NCBI GenBank assembly: GCA_016187225.1
Contig: JACPKC010000010.1
Location: 67,541 to 131,540 of the forward strand
Reading direction: 5' to 3'
DNA: 64,000 bases
Source of the DNA: Candidatus Berkelbacteria bacterium
GTDB taxonomy: Bacteria > Patescibacteriota > UBA1384 > JACPKC01
Shown: in pieces, positions 18,763 to 27,328 of the stretch
How positions within the stretch are numbered: the first letter of the stretch is position 1
Layout: every line of letters begins with the position of its first letter
Made by a program: the position numbers and the translations under genes
The notes under the pieces: model-generated
Databases searched by the model: none
The model's input: only the letters and a program-made list of their open reading frames with translations
Told to the model about the DNA's origin: nothing

Positions 18763-20451
18763 ATGACCCACTTTGAAAATCTTATCCATCGAGTTCGTTC
18801 ATTGCTCAGTGGTGAATGCCAGATCACATTCGAGATTCCAAGCAATCAATCGGCATGGTTTTCGGTGCCAATTTTCCACTTGGCTCAAAAGCGCAATCAG
18901 TCAGTCGCCGAAGTTGCCAAGACGATCGTCTCTAGACTGAACTCTCTCTCTGGAGTGCAAGCGAAAGTCGTCGGCGGTTATGTCAATCTTGCGCCAACTT
19001 CAAGTTTCGCGAGGCAAATCTTGGCTGAACTGTCGACAAGTAAATATCAGCCAGAATCTCGCACCGAAACAATCGTCATTGATTATTCAAGCCCGAACGC
19101 CGCCAAACCGATGAGTATTGGCCATTTACGTTCGACTGTGATTGGGGATGCGCTCAAGCGCATTTACCAGTTTCTTGGTTATCAAGTAATTGGAGTAAAT
19201 CATCTTGGCGATTGGGGCACGCAATTTGGCAAACTCCTTGTGGCTTATAAACGCCAGTTTGGCGATCTCACTCCACGGCCAGAGTTGACAGTTAAAGATT
19301 TACTTAATCTTTATGTGCAATTTCATACTGACGCCGACCAGGATCGGGCGCTTGCTGACGGGGCCCGGGCGATGTTTTTTCAATTGGAACATGAACGGCG
19401 TGCGCAAGGACAGGCGAGTGAATTGGTCGCGCTTTGGCGGCAATTGGTGGATCTCTCTAAGCAGGAACTTCAGAGTGTTTATCGGCGTTTGGGGGTGGAA
19501 TTTTCTGACGAGGCGATTAAAGGTGAGAGTGAATATGATCTCGAAGTTAAGCAAGTAAGAAAACAAGCTCAAGAGATGGGGATTTTAGAAACAAGCGAGG
19601 GCGCTCAAATTATTCAAGTTGGAGATGCTTGTCCGCCTTTGATTTTTGAAAAAACTGATGGTTCCACTACCTACGGCGCCCGTGATCTGGGCGCGCTTCT
19701 TTATCGCTTAAAGACATATCGTCCAGCGCAAGTTCTCTATGTGGTCGGAAGCGAGCAGTCACTTCACTTTCAGCAGATTTTTGAGGCGGCGACTTCACTT
19801 GATCTTCTAGGTGTGAGAACGAATAAAACTATCCTTAAACATGTTAAATTTGGCCTTGTTCGTCTACCCGAAGGCAAGCTAAGCACGCGTCAGGGTCGCG
19901 TCATTTTACTCGAAGATGTTTTGAATGAGGCGGTGAAACGGGCGCAGGCGGTGATAGAAGCGCGAGTCGAAGGGCAACCAGGGGACGAGCGCATTAGCGA
20001 AGCAGTTGGAATTGGCGCCCTTAAGTATTTTGATCTCATGCATAATTGTCGCCACGATATCCTTTTCAATTGGGAACGCATGCTCTCACTCAAAGGCAAC
20101 TCGGCGCCGTATCTTCAATATTCCTACACGCGCGCCGTCCAGATTTTAGCTAAGGAGAGCGACATCGAGCAAGAAGTAGGCGTCGTTCCGGTTGAACTTA
20201 TGCCTTATATTCGCACCTTGGCTAGATTCCCATTGATTATTGAGCAAGTTGCCGAGCAGTCCACGCCGCATACCCTTGCTCAATATCTAGGTGAAGTCGC
20301 GGCGGATTTTCATGCCTTTTATGAACGCTTCCCAGTTTTGCAGGCGAGCGCCAGTGATAAGACAGTGCGCTTAGCCTACGTTCGGGCAACACAAAAAATT
20401 CTTAAGATTGGCCTTAATCTTCTGGGTATCGAAGCGCTTGAAAGGATGTAA
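18763..20451 (+). CDS. argS: Arginyl-tRNA synthetase
   Basis: It has a class I HIGH-like motif 'SPNAAKPMSIGHLRS', an ArgRS catalytic core and a C-terminal DALR anticodon-binding region. Confidence 0.88.
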   Translation: MTHFENLIHRVRSLLSGECQITFEIPSNQSAWFSVPIFHLAQKRNQSVAEVAKTIVSRLNSLSGVQAKVVGGYVNLAPTSSFARQILAELSTSKYQPESRTETIVIDYSSPNAAKPMSIGHLRSTVIGDALKRIYQFLGYQVIGVNHLGDWGTQFGKLLVAYKRQFGDLTPRPELTVKDLLNLYVQFHTDADQDRALADGARAMFFQLEHERRAQGQASELVALWRQLVDLSKQELQSVYRRLGVEFSDEAIKGESEYDLEVKQVRKQAQEMGILETSEGAQIIQVGDACPPLIFEKTDGSTTYGARDLGALLYRLKTYRPAQVLYVVGSEQSLHFQQIFEAATSLDLLGVRTNKTILKHVKFGLVRLPEGKLSTRQGRVILLEDVLNEAVKRAQAVIEARVEGQPGDERISEAVGIGALKYFDLMHNCRHDILFNWERMLSLKGNSAPYLQYSYTRAVQILAKESDIEQEVGVVPVELMPYIRTLARFPLIIEQVAEQSTPHTLAQYLGEVAADFHAFYERFPVLQASASDKTVRLAYVRATQKILKIGLNLLGIEALERM

Positions 20452-20516
20452 AAGATCGTTGAGAAAGTCTTATTCTTGCTCGAATGAAGTGATAGCAAAG
20501 TCGAGAATCGTTCTAT

Positions 20517-22826
20517 TTAGAACCCAGCCTTATAGAGTTTATTTTCCGCCAATACCCAGAAGACTTTACCATCTTCGTCAACTGCGATTTGATCGAGAGC
20601 TTGGACCCCATCCAAAACATACTGATTTTGGAATCGTCCGTCAGAGCCGAGAACCACAATTCGTTCGCCATCGACAACGTAAATTTTGCCACCCTCGCGA
20701 GTCGTTAGAATTTGTTTGGGCGAGGTGAAGTTCGAGGCTGGCGCTGGAATGTCATGGATACGAAATTCAACTCTTTTTCCGCGATTGAGTTTAATTACCT
20801 CTCCAAGTTTTGAAAGCACATAGACGTTGCCATCAATTGCTAAGTCGATGCCATCGCTAATTTGCGTGCCGTCGGTGATAAATGCTTCGGGCGCCTGAAG
20901 GGCGCCATCCACAGATGGAAATTTCCAGATCTGGTTTTCAGAGGGCGCTAGAAGATAGAGATTATTGAAGAATGCGGCGAGACTTTGGCCCAGCTTTGTA
21001 TTTGCGCCTTGAGGATTTAGGGCATTAAGTGGGCCGCTAGCGTCGGTTAATTCATAAAGCGCGGGTTTGTCGGTGCTGACAAGCGCGCCAATTTTTTCAT
21101 CGTAGACGCCAATAGCAGTGATTTTTTCATTGGCGGGCGAGACGACAGATACTTGCTCGCCTCCATTCTCGGGCAAGGTTATGAGTTTGCTATTCTCGAC
21201 TATCGTCAGTTTATTATCCCAACGCGTTAAAGATGATCCCTGCTCAAATTCTGCCAAACTTGCTAAGTTTTTAAGGCGCGTGGTTTTAGTTAACTCGTCC
21301 AGGGCGGTTTGCGCTTCGTCGCGAACCTGTGTAGCGATTTCAGTTACCGGGGAATTTTCAAGCGTTGCAACGCCGGTGATAACTTCAGCAAACAGTGTCT
21401 GGGCTTTTTCAGTCTGATTGAAAATTTTGGCAAGCTTTCCTTCCTCTAACTTATCTTCTAGGTTCTGCAGTTGAGCAGTTGCCTCAACCCGTTTTTGCTC
21501 CTCGCCGCGACGAGTCGCGAGCGCGCGCAAGTTTATTCCAAGCAAAACTATTAAGATCGCGGCGAGGACAATAAAACCCGCCGAGCGCGAGGCAAAATTG
21601 ACTTTTAATAAAGTTGGCAGAGGAAATTTGGCGGTCGGATGAGTTTGTGGGACTTGATCGTAGACGTGCACTGCGCCCACGGTTCCCAAGTTGTCTGAAG
21701 ATGGGGCCGTGTAATCATGAATCGCGAACACCGACTTGCCAATCAGGCTTTCTGTTTTTGTCGGCGGAGTGGGTAGATCGCTTGAGGGGTGAGTTTTTGA
21801 CAAGACGTCTGGTGGCGCCGCTGGGCGCCGATTTTTTAATTTTTCAATTTGATCGCGAAGAGCAGGCAGGGTCTTTTCACGAAATTCCTGATGGTGAGTT
21901 CGTGACCAGTTCTTAAATTGTGCCAGCGTTTGCTTGCTTCGCGGAAGCGCATGAATTCGAAAGGCGGTGTCTAATCTTCGATCCCAAACTTTCAGCCATC
22001 CACCTGCGGTTAAAGCAATTTCGTGCAAACGTTTCAGCCCTGCCAGACCAGTCAGACGCCAGTCGCTTACGCCGTTGCTGTCGAGATAAAACACTTCGGG
22101 GGATCGAGTTAAAGTTTGATTGGCTTGGGATGCGAGACTGGGAGATTCCAGAAGCAAAGCATTCACCCAACGCCCCTTTTTGGTTTTTAGAATGTTTGTC
22201 AAATGGTGAGCCGCTGTGCCTAGATCGGGTACTGAAAAGACATTTGCCTTGAGTTCCGGCACAGAGCTAACAGTTAAAAGGCCGATACTCCCGAAAAGAA
22301 AACGATCGCCGGATTCGAGTTTACCCGAAAGCACCGTCGAAAAAGTCTTGTTTGGTGTATTCACTGGGCTCGATGAGTCAAAAACATTCGAGGCCTTGCC
22401 TTCGCGAATCAACCAGCCGTGGATCGTGCCACAGGTTGTAATATGAATCTCATCTTGGATAACCAAAATTAACACGGCATTGAGGTGACCAAGCCAATCT
22501 GTTTGACCTGTCTGTGCCAAGTGTCCGAGAGTTTCATTGATTTTTTTAAGCGCCGTTTCAAAATTCACAAGTGGATCGCGATCAGCGCCGCGAAAATACT
22601 CTCTCGACGCAGTGTTGATGAGAGTTTGGCCAATTTGAGAGTTTGGGAACCATGGGCTCTCAATCTCGACTAAGGTAAAAATTCGACCAGCGGCGTTTGC
22701 CTCTGGATCGTGAGATTCCTTGACCTGGGTAGTTACATATCGATCCGAGAGTTTAGCGCTATTTGTAATGCGTACGTATCGAAACGCATCATTCGTTTTT
22801 ATATTCGCTTGTGACTCTGATTCCAT
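20517..22826 (-). CDS. Large membrane protein (769 aa): N-terminal cytoplasmic domain, Pro-rich linker, single TM helix, coiled coil and a C-terminal extracytoplasmic beta-propeller-like repeat region; hypothetical
   Basis: The TM helix is 'FIVLAAILIVLLGINL'. The C-terminal repeats are 'GNVYVLSKLGEVIKL', 'GGKIYVVDGERIVVLGSDGRF' and 'DGKVFWVLAENKLYKAGF', resembling YVTN/NHL/PQQ-type blades. The N-terminal domain is only loosely PP2C/SpoIIE-like and lacks a clear DGxGG motif. Confidence 0.6.
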   Translation of the reverse strand: MESESQANIKTNDAFRYVRITNSAKLSDRYVTTQVKESHDPEANAAGRIFTLVEIESPWFPNSQIGQTLINTASREYFRGADRDPLVNFETALKKINETLGHLAQTGQTDWLGHLNAVLILVIQDEIHITTCGTIHGWLIREGKASNVFDSSSPVNTPNKTFSTVLSGKLESGDRFLFGSIGLLTVSSVPELKANVFSVPDLGTAAHHLTNILKTKKGRWVNALLLESPSLASQANQTLTRSPEVFYLDSNGVSDWRLTGLAGLKRLHEIALTAGGWLKVWDRRLDTAFRIHALPRSKQTLAQFKNWSRTHHQEFREKTLPALRDQIEKLKNRRPAAPPDVLSKTHPSSDLPTPPTKTESLIGKSVFAIHDYTAPSSDNLGTVGAVHVYDQVPQTHPTAKFPLPTLLKVNFASRSAGFIVLAAILIVLLGINLRALATRRGEEQKRVEATAQLQNLEDKLEEGKLAKIFNQTEKAQTLFAEVITGVATLENSPVTEIATQVRDEAQTALDELTKTTRLKNLASLAEFEQGSSLTRWDNKLTIVENSKLITLPENGGEQVSVVSPANEKITAIGVYDEKIGALVSTDKPALYELTDASGPLNALNPQGANTKLGQSLAAFFNNLYLLAPSENQIWKFPSVDGALQAPEAFITDGTQISDGIDLAIDGNVYVLSKLGEVIKLNRGKRVEFRIHDIPAPASNFTSPKQILTTREGGKIYVVDGERIVVLGSDGRFQNQYVLDGVQALDQIAVDEDGKVFWVLAENKLYKAGF

Positions 22827-22845
22827 GTTGCCTCAATGTCTAACT

Positions 22846-22923
22846 TGGTCGGGGTGGGCGGATTTGAACCGCCGGTCTCCAGACCCCCAGCCTGGCGCAT
22901 TTGGCCAACTATGCTACACCCCG
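22846..22923 (-). tRNA. tRNA-Pro (anticodon GGG), CCA encoded
   Basis: Manual cloverleaf: acceptor CGGGGTG/CACCCCG, anticodon stem CCAGG/TCTGG with loop CTGGGGG, and T-loop GGTTCAAATCC. Confidence 0.8.
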
Positions 22924-22949
22924 GTTTGGTGCCCAGGAAAACAAGTATA

Positions 22950-22971
22950 ACAAAAGGAGGATCAGCCTCCT
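22950..22971 (-). terminator. Rho-independent terminator of the M50 protease gene; the hairpin overlaps the stop codon
   Basis: The stem is AGGAGG/CCTCCT with a 5-nt loop, followed on the minus strand by a U-run (plus-strand AAAA). Confidence 0.55.
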
Positions 22972-23573
22972 ATGAGAAACTGGGTAAGTCGAGTGACAGC
23001 TGAAACGAGTAAATCTCCGAGCGTCGTCGTTCTCAAGGCAATTAGAAGAAGGATGATAAGCAAAAAAGATGATGTTTCGAGCATTCGATATATTGGTTCA
23101 CCCAAGAAAGCTCGCAAGAACTTTGAGCCATCCAGCGGCGGTACGGGCAACAGATTAAAGAGCATTAAAAAGAGATTAAGTTGAATCATTAAGATGCCGA
23201 CCGTAGCGAGGTCAGATATTGGTATAACGCCGCTTCGGTATACAAGTGCGATTAGGCTGGCGAGGAGAAGATTGCTGGCTGGACCAGCGATGGCCACCAA
23301 GAATTCATCCAACGCTGGGCGGGTAAAGTATTGTGGGTTGACTGGCACCGGCTTGCCCCAACCAAATCCGAAAAAGAATAAGAAAACCGTGCCGAGCGGA
23401 TCGAGGTGGGCGAGAGGATTGAGAGTGACTCGACCTTGATTGCGGGCAGTTGGGTCACCTAATCGATCAGCAACATAGGCGTGAGCGCATTCGTGAACGG
23501 TAATCCCTGAAAGCAGGGCAAGACAAAAAGCGACAAAACCGAGTGGGTCAGTGAGAGCGTTGAGAAGAAGCAT
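22962..23573 (-). CDS. Site-2 protease family zinc metalloprotease (peptidase M50), small membrane form
   Basis: It has the HExxH motif 'VHECAHAYV' in a TM context, a second metal-ligand region 'LDG' and about six hydrophobic segments. Confidence 0.75.
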   Translation of the reverse strand: MLLLNALTDPLGFVAFCLALLSGITVHECAHAYVADRLGDPTARNQGRVTLNPLAHLDPLGTVFLFFFGFGWGKPVPVNPQYFTRPALDEFLVAIAGPASNLLLASLIALVYRSGVIPISDLATVGILMIQLNLFLMLFNLLPVPPLDGSKFLRAFLGEPIYRMLETSSFLLIILLLIALRTTTLGDLLVSAVTRLTQFLIGG

Positions 23574-23672
23574 AATTTGAGAGGGTTAAGATAGTAGAAA
23601 TAACACCATCATAAGTTGCATAGAAACCTAAATTATGATAACTTAACTCACGTTTTCTTGAAAGGATACTGT

Positions 23673-23876
23673 ATGCATGTTACTCACCTCTACGCGCCAG
23701 TGGCTTGGGTTTGCCAAGTGTGTGGTAAGAAGCCAGTCGCTGGTCGGGATCGATCGCACTCTATGCGTCAATCACATCGCTCAATCCGACCAAATCTTCA
23801 ATCCTATAAAAATGGGAAAATTTGCACTCGGTGTCTGCGGACTCTGAAACGCAAAACTAACGCTAACACGGTGTAA
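23673..23876 (+). CDS. rpmB: 50S ribosomal protein L28
   Basis: The 'VCQVCGKKPVAGRDRSHSMRQSHRSIRPNLQ' block matches the L28 core. The start is chosen at an ATG preceded by AAAGGA; the GTG at 23700 is an alternative start. Confidence 0.75.
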   Translation: MHVTHLYAPVAWVCQVCGKKPVAGRDRSHSMRQSHRSIRPNLQSYKNGKICTRCLRTLKRKTNANTV

Positions 23877-23881
23877 CTACA

Positions 23882-23907
23882 AAACCCCGCTTCTATGCGG
23901 GGTTTTG
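23882..23907. terminator. Bidirectional rho-independent terminator between rpmB (+) and the zinc-ribbon gene (-)
   Basis: It is a perfect hairpin AAAACCCCGC-TTCTAT-GCGGGGTTTT with A/T runs on both sides. Confidence 0.85.
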
Positions 23908-23929
23908 TGTAACGCTTGAGTAGTTAAAA

Positions 23930-24283
23930 CTACGCAGCTTTAGGCATATCCGTGCTTGCATCTGATGCACCTGCATCTGACCCCGAATCGGAGCCAGCCC
24001 CTTGATTGCGACGGGCATTGAAGCATTCGCCGCAGAGGACATCATCCCGCTTGGGCGGGAATGGCACTTGTCCTGGTTTACCGCACTGGGCGCAGACGAT
24101 GTCATACATCTGACCTCCGCCACCACGCTGTGAATCGCGCTCCGCGCGCTTTTTGGCGCGGCACTCTTTACAGCGAGTTGGGGCGCTCAAACCTTTAGTC
24201 GCGTAGAAATCTTGCTCACCTGCTGTCCAGGTAAACGTGTTCCCACAGTCTCGACAGGTGAGAGTTTGATCTTGATATTCCAC
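23930..24283 (-). CDS. Zinc-ribbon domain protein (two CxxC...C pairs, zf-TRCL-like), with a Gly/Ser/Asp-rich acidic tail
   Basis: The cysteine pairs are 'CRDCGNTF...RCKEC' and 'CAQCGKPG...CGEC'. Confidence 0.55.
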   Translation of the reverse strand: MEYQDQTLTCRDCGNTFTWTAGEQDFYATKGLSAPTRCKECRAKKRAERDSQRGGGGQMYDIVCAQCGKPGQVPFPPKRDDVLCGECFNARRNQGAGSDSGSDAGASDASTDMPKAA

Positions 24284-24427
24284 TGGAACCCTTTTTTATC
24301 CATAAAACTTGTTCGACCACTCAAGCGTCTTGCGACCGCGCAAGAACTTATTCGCAGTATAGGCGCGAATGCCCTAAAATGTCAACGTCTTGATTGTCAA
24401 TTTCTTGCCTGATACGCTACGAACATT

Positions 24428-25084
24428 ATGTTGCCCCAAGCTTTTCAGATTTTACTTAAGCGCAGAGTTATGAGCCAGACCACGCTTTTGAGCGGTCAAA
24501 CTCCTGCTAATCAACTCATGGTCGCTCGCAACATCGCTTCTATACTTAAAATCGCTCCAGTTGACACGCTTCTTGTTTTATCGCCGCCAAAAATCGCTGA
24601 CCTGCGTTCAATTCTAGAACGTCTCCAATTTAAGCCCTACCAATCAGAATATGTGCTGGCGCTTTTGATCTCGGTCGATCAATGGTCATCTGAAACAGCC
24701 ACGGCCCTGTTGAAAATTCTTGAAGAGCCGCCACCCCAGGCGCGCCTCGTTTTGTTTGCGCAGGACGAAGAGAGCGTTTTACCTACAATTCGATCACGAG
24801 CAAGCAGATTCAGGCTTCCTGTAACTTTTACGTCTCAAGAGCAGTCTTTGTCGCCCCTTGAAACACTTTTAAGCAAACCATTATCTTATCAAATGATGCA
24901 GACTGCTAAATATGCCGAGGAGTATTCAATTCCAGAAATTTTGAATTCTTGGCTTGTGCAGACTTCAAGCCGATCCCTTCAAGTTTATTTACTTACTTCT
25001 CTAACTGAAGTTGGAACACATCCGGTCAATAAACGCCTCTTTCTTGATTCATTACTCGTCAATGTTCCAGGAAGAAGAGTATGA
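24428..25084 (+). CDS. holB: DNA polymerase III delta-prime-like protein (truncated, no Walker A)
   Basis: The delta-prime signature 'ALLKILEEPPPQARLVLF...LPTIRSRA' is present. It is only 218 aa and lacks a P-loop. Confidence 0.6.
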   Translation: MLPQAFQILLKRRVMSQTTLLSGQTPANQLMVARNIASILKIAPVDTLLVLSPPKIADLRSILERLQFKPYQSEYVLALLISVDQWSSETATALLKILEEPPPQARLVLFAQDEESVLPTIRSRASRFRLPVTFTSQEQSLSPLETLLSKPLSYQMMQTAKYAEEYSIPEILNSWLVQTSSRSLQVYLLTSLTEVGTHPVNKRLFLDSLLVNVPGRRV

Positions 25085-25671
25085 TTCTTGAGATTCTAAT
25101 CATCGCGGCGATCATTGGCATGTTTATTATTTTGGCGCGGCGTCTGCCCGATGCACTTAAAGGTGAACAGGGTTCATTGCCGCCTCAAAACACACCCGCT
25201 CGTCCAGATTTTTTTACTAGAGCTCGAATTTGGTGGAAGACTGCTAAGCGAGAACAGTTGCGCCCGGCAAAATCACCAGTGGCTGTCGCTCAATCCGTCA
25301 AAGCGCCGAGCGAAGTGCTGACCGAAGATGTGCTCTTAAGAGAAGGCGATACTTACATGCAGGAGGGTAAGCTCAAGGAGGCCGAGCGGGCATTTTTAAG
25401 GGCGGTCGCCAAAAATCCTAAAAACCCCAAACTTTATAATCGCCTGGGTGCGATTTATCTTAAACAACGTAACTATTCAGATGCGCTCCAGGCATTTGAA
25501 GCCGCTCGCGATTTGGATTCGAGCAAAGCCTCGCGCCACTATAACGTCGCTCTCGCCGCCTGGCAGATGACTAATCTTTCCAAGGCTCGCCACTCGATTG
25601 CTCAAGCGATTAGCCTCGATCCGGTTTCGGCTAAATACCAAGAGCTTAAGCAACAGATTGAAGCGAAGTAA
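25081..25671 (+). CDS. Membrane-anchored TPR-repeat protein
   Basis: It has an N-terminal TM helix and TPR-like repeats ('AERAFLRAVAKNPKNPKLYNRLGAIYLKQRNYSDALQAFEAA'). There is an ATGA overlap with the upstream gene. Confidence 0.65.
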   Translation: MILEILIIAAIIGMFIILARRLPDALKGEQGSLPPQNTPARPDFFTRARIWWKTAKREQLRPAKSPVAVAQSVKAPSEVLTEDVLLREGDTYMQEGKLKEAERAFLRAVAKNPKNPKLYNRLGAIYLKQRNYSDALQAFEAARDLDSSKASRHYNVALAAWQMTNLSKARHSIAQAISLDPVSAKYQELKQQIEAK

Positions 25672-26668
25672 TTTGTCCCTCGAGCAATTCAATGAGTTCG
25701 GATTCGTTTTCGTCAGCCTCAATCTTGAGAGATTCAAGATGAGCGAGAAATTCTTGACCCTGCCGCGCAACCTCGTCGCCAGTTGCGTAATTCAGTTTTG
25801 GATCTAAAAATTGCCGGTTACCAATTTTCATTGATATATATTCTCGATAAAAATACTCATTACTCTCTGCGTTCACTAAGAGTGTTTGGACCATTGAGTG
25901 TAGTTCTTCTTGGTGCTGTTTGAAATATTCTTCGATAAAAATAAACTCTTGCGCATGGCGCGCAAGTCGCGGCAAAGAATTTCGTAAAATATCCCAGATT
26001 AAGGCGTGGGATTTGCGTTTTTGAGGTGGAGCAAAGGTGCCATCTTCTTGAATCATAAGCGTTGGTTCAATGTAAATACCCGAAGTTTGATTCACCTCAT
26101 CTTCATTATTGAGCGCTTCTTCAAGCACCAATCGCCATTCCTGCCGAGCAGTTTCAAGAAAAGCGATCTGCTCCGTTGCTTTCCACAACCTGCCTTCTAC
26201 CGATGATTCTGGCTTTTTTATCACTTTCTTGACGCGCAACATATCCACATAGAGTTTTTCTTGGTTACGGATCTTTTCCAAATGCAGATTAAACTGTTTC
26301 TCGGCGATCTCTTGGTTGAACCAAGTTTTTGTGCCATGAGGAATGTCGCCCTGGAATGGCCCAACTTCTTCAATGTCATGCGTTGTCAGGAGTAGGGCAT
26401 AAAATTTTCTGTCGATTTTAAGCTCCGGAACGCCGGCGTGGCCTCGCAACTTATTCTCGCGCGTCAAACATCCAAGGCCGCGTCGCAAACTGCCCTTGTG
26501 ATGAGTGGCCACCGTTCCTTCATGAGGGTAGGGCGCCTCGCCATGAACATAAGGCGCGTAGCGTTTTTCTGTTTGCGCCGCCGGTGAATAAGCAGTTTCC
26601 TTAAGAAATTCCTCTTCTTCAGGCGTAAAGATAAATTGTTCAGGTGAAAATTTTCTCGATCCCTCCAT
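25646..26668 (-). CDS. Hypothetical protein, 340 aa, with a possible HD-type metal-dependent phosphohydrolase motif
   Basis: A loose H...HD pattern is present ('ATHHKGS' ... 'LLLTTHDIEEVG'). It is otherwise helical and acidic, with no confident family assignment. It occupies the position downstream of rpmG-tRNA-Trp where secE-nusG normally lie. Confidence 0.5.
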   Translation of the reverse strand: MEGSRKFSPEQFIFTPEEEEFLKETAYSPAAQTEKRYAPYVHGEAPYPHEGTVATHHKGSLRRGLGCLTRENKLRGHAGVPELKIDRKFYALLLTTHDIEEVGPFQGDIPHGTKTWFNQEIAEKQFNLHLEKIRNQEKLYVDMLRVKKVIKKPESSVEGRLWKATEQIAFLETARQEWRLVLEEALNNEDEVNQTSGIYIEPTLMIQEDGTFAPPQKRKSHALIWDILRNSLPRLARHAQEFIFIEEYFKQHQEELHSMVQTLLVNAESNEYFYREYISMKIGNRQFLDPKLNYATGDEVARQGQEFLAHLESLKIEADENESELIELLEGQITSLQSVA

Positions 26669-26705
26669 CCCACCTCCTTTAGTTACCTAAAAAATAACAA
26701 ATATT

Positions 26706-26779
26706 TGGCAGGAGCTGGAGGAATCGAACCACCGACCGCGGTTTTGGAGACCGCTGTTATACCACTTAACTAAGCTCCC
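26706..26779 (-). tRNA. tRNA-Trp (anticodon CCA), CCA encoded
   Basis: Acceptor GGGAGCT/AGCTCCT, anticodon stem GCGGT/ACCGC with loop CTCCAAA, and T-loop GGTTCGATTCC. Confidence 0.8.
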
Positions 26780-26789
26780 TTTCTAATTG

Positions 26790-26978
26790 TTAGGTTCGCG
26801 GTTTTGGATTTGGCAATTTTGTCTCGTTATGTTGAGTGTGTTTGCGGCACCAAGTGCAGTATTTTTCAAGCACAAGCTTATCAGTTGTGTTCACAACATT
26901 TTTTGACACCACATAGTTGCGTCGCTTACATTCGACACAAGTGAGATTAAATTTTTGTCGTTTGCCTTTTTTTGCCAT
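26790..26978 (-). CDS. rpmG: 50S ribosomal protein L33
   Basis: '[27 protein letters not shown]...[16 protein letters not shown]' matches L33 with its Cys4 zinc-ribbon. The start is taken at the internal ATG (MAKKGK) rather than the ORF-track upstream extension. Confidence 0.85.
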   Translation of the reverse strand: MAKKGKRQKFNLTCVECKRRNYVVSKNVVNTTDKLVLEKYCTWCRKHTQHNETKLPNPKPRT

Positions 26979-27010
26979 ATTCTTCCTTTCTTTGTCTTTT
27001 TCTACAAAAC

Positions 27011-27085
27011 TGGAGCCCACGGGCGGATTTGAACCGCCGACCTATTCCTTACCATGGAATTGCTCTGCCTCTGAGCTACGTGGGC
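27011..27085 (-). tRNA. tRNA-Thr (anticodon GGT), CCA encoded
   Basis: Acceptor GCCCACG/CGTGGGC, anticodon stem ATTCC/GGAAT with loop ATGGTAA, and T-loop GGTTCAAATCC. Confidence 0.8.
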
Positions 27086-27086
27086 T

Positions 27087-27173
27087 TGGTGCTGGGGGTA
27101 GGATTCGAACCTACGAAGGCGCTGGGCCGTCAGATTTACAGTCTGATGCGTTTGACCGCTTCGCTACCCCAGC
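27087..27173 (-). tRNA. tRNA-Tyr (anticodon GTA), class II long variable arm, CCA encoded
   Basis: Acceptor GCTGGGG/CCCCAGC, anticodon stem TCAGA/TCTGA with loop CTGTAAA, a long variable arm and T-loop GGTTCGAATCC. Confidence 0.78.
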
Positions 27174-27181
27174 TTGTTATC

Positions 27182-27256
27182 TGGAGCCACCTGTCGGATT
27201 TGAACCGACGACCTTCACTTTACAAAAGTGTTGCTCTACCGCTGAGCTAAGGTGGC
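27182..27256 (-). tRNA. tRNA-Thr (anticodon TGT), CCA encoded
   Basis: Acceptor GCCACCT/AGGTGGC, anticodon loop TTTGTAA and T-loop GGTTCAAATCC. The anticodon stem has one mismatch. Confidence 0.7.
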
Positions 27257-27328
27257 AGGCAATTCTCCAGAAAAATAATACTAGCAAGGTAGAGAGGAAT
27301 ACTCAATGATGGGGGAGCTTATTTTATA

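Noticed and set aside
26917-27309. Two plus-strand ORFs (130 and 92 aa) across 26.9-27.3 kb
   Set aside because: They run antisense through three tRNA genes and rpmG. Their Pro/Gly-rich translations are typical tRNA-antisense artefacts.
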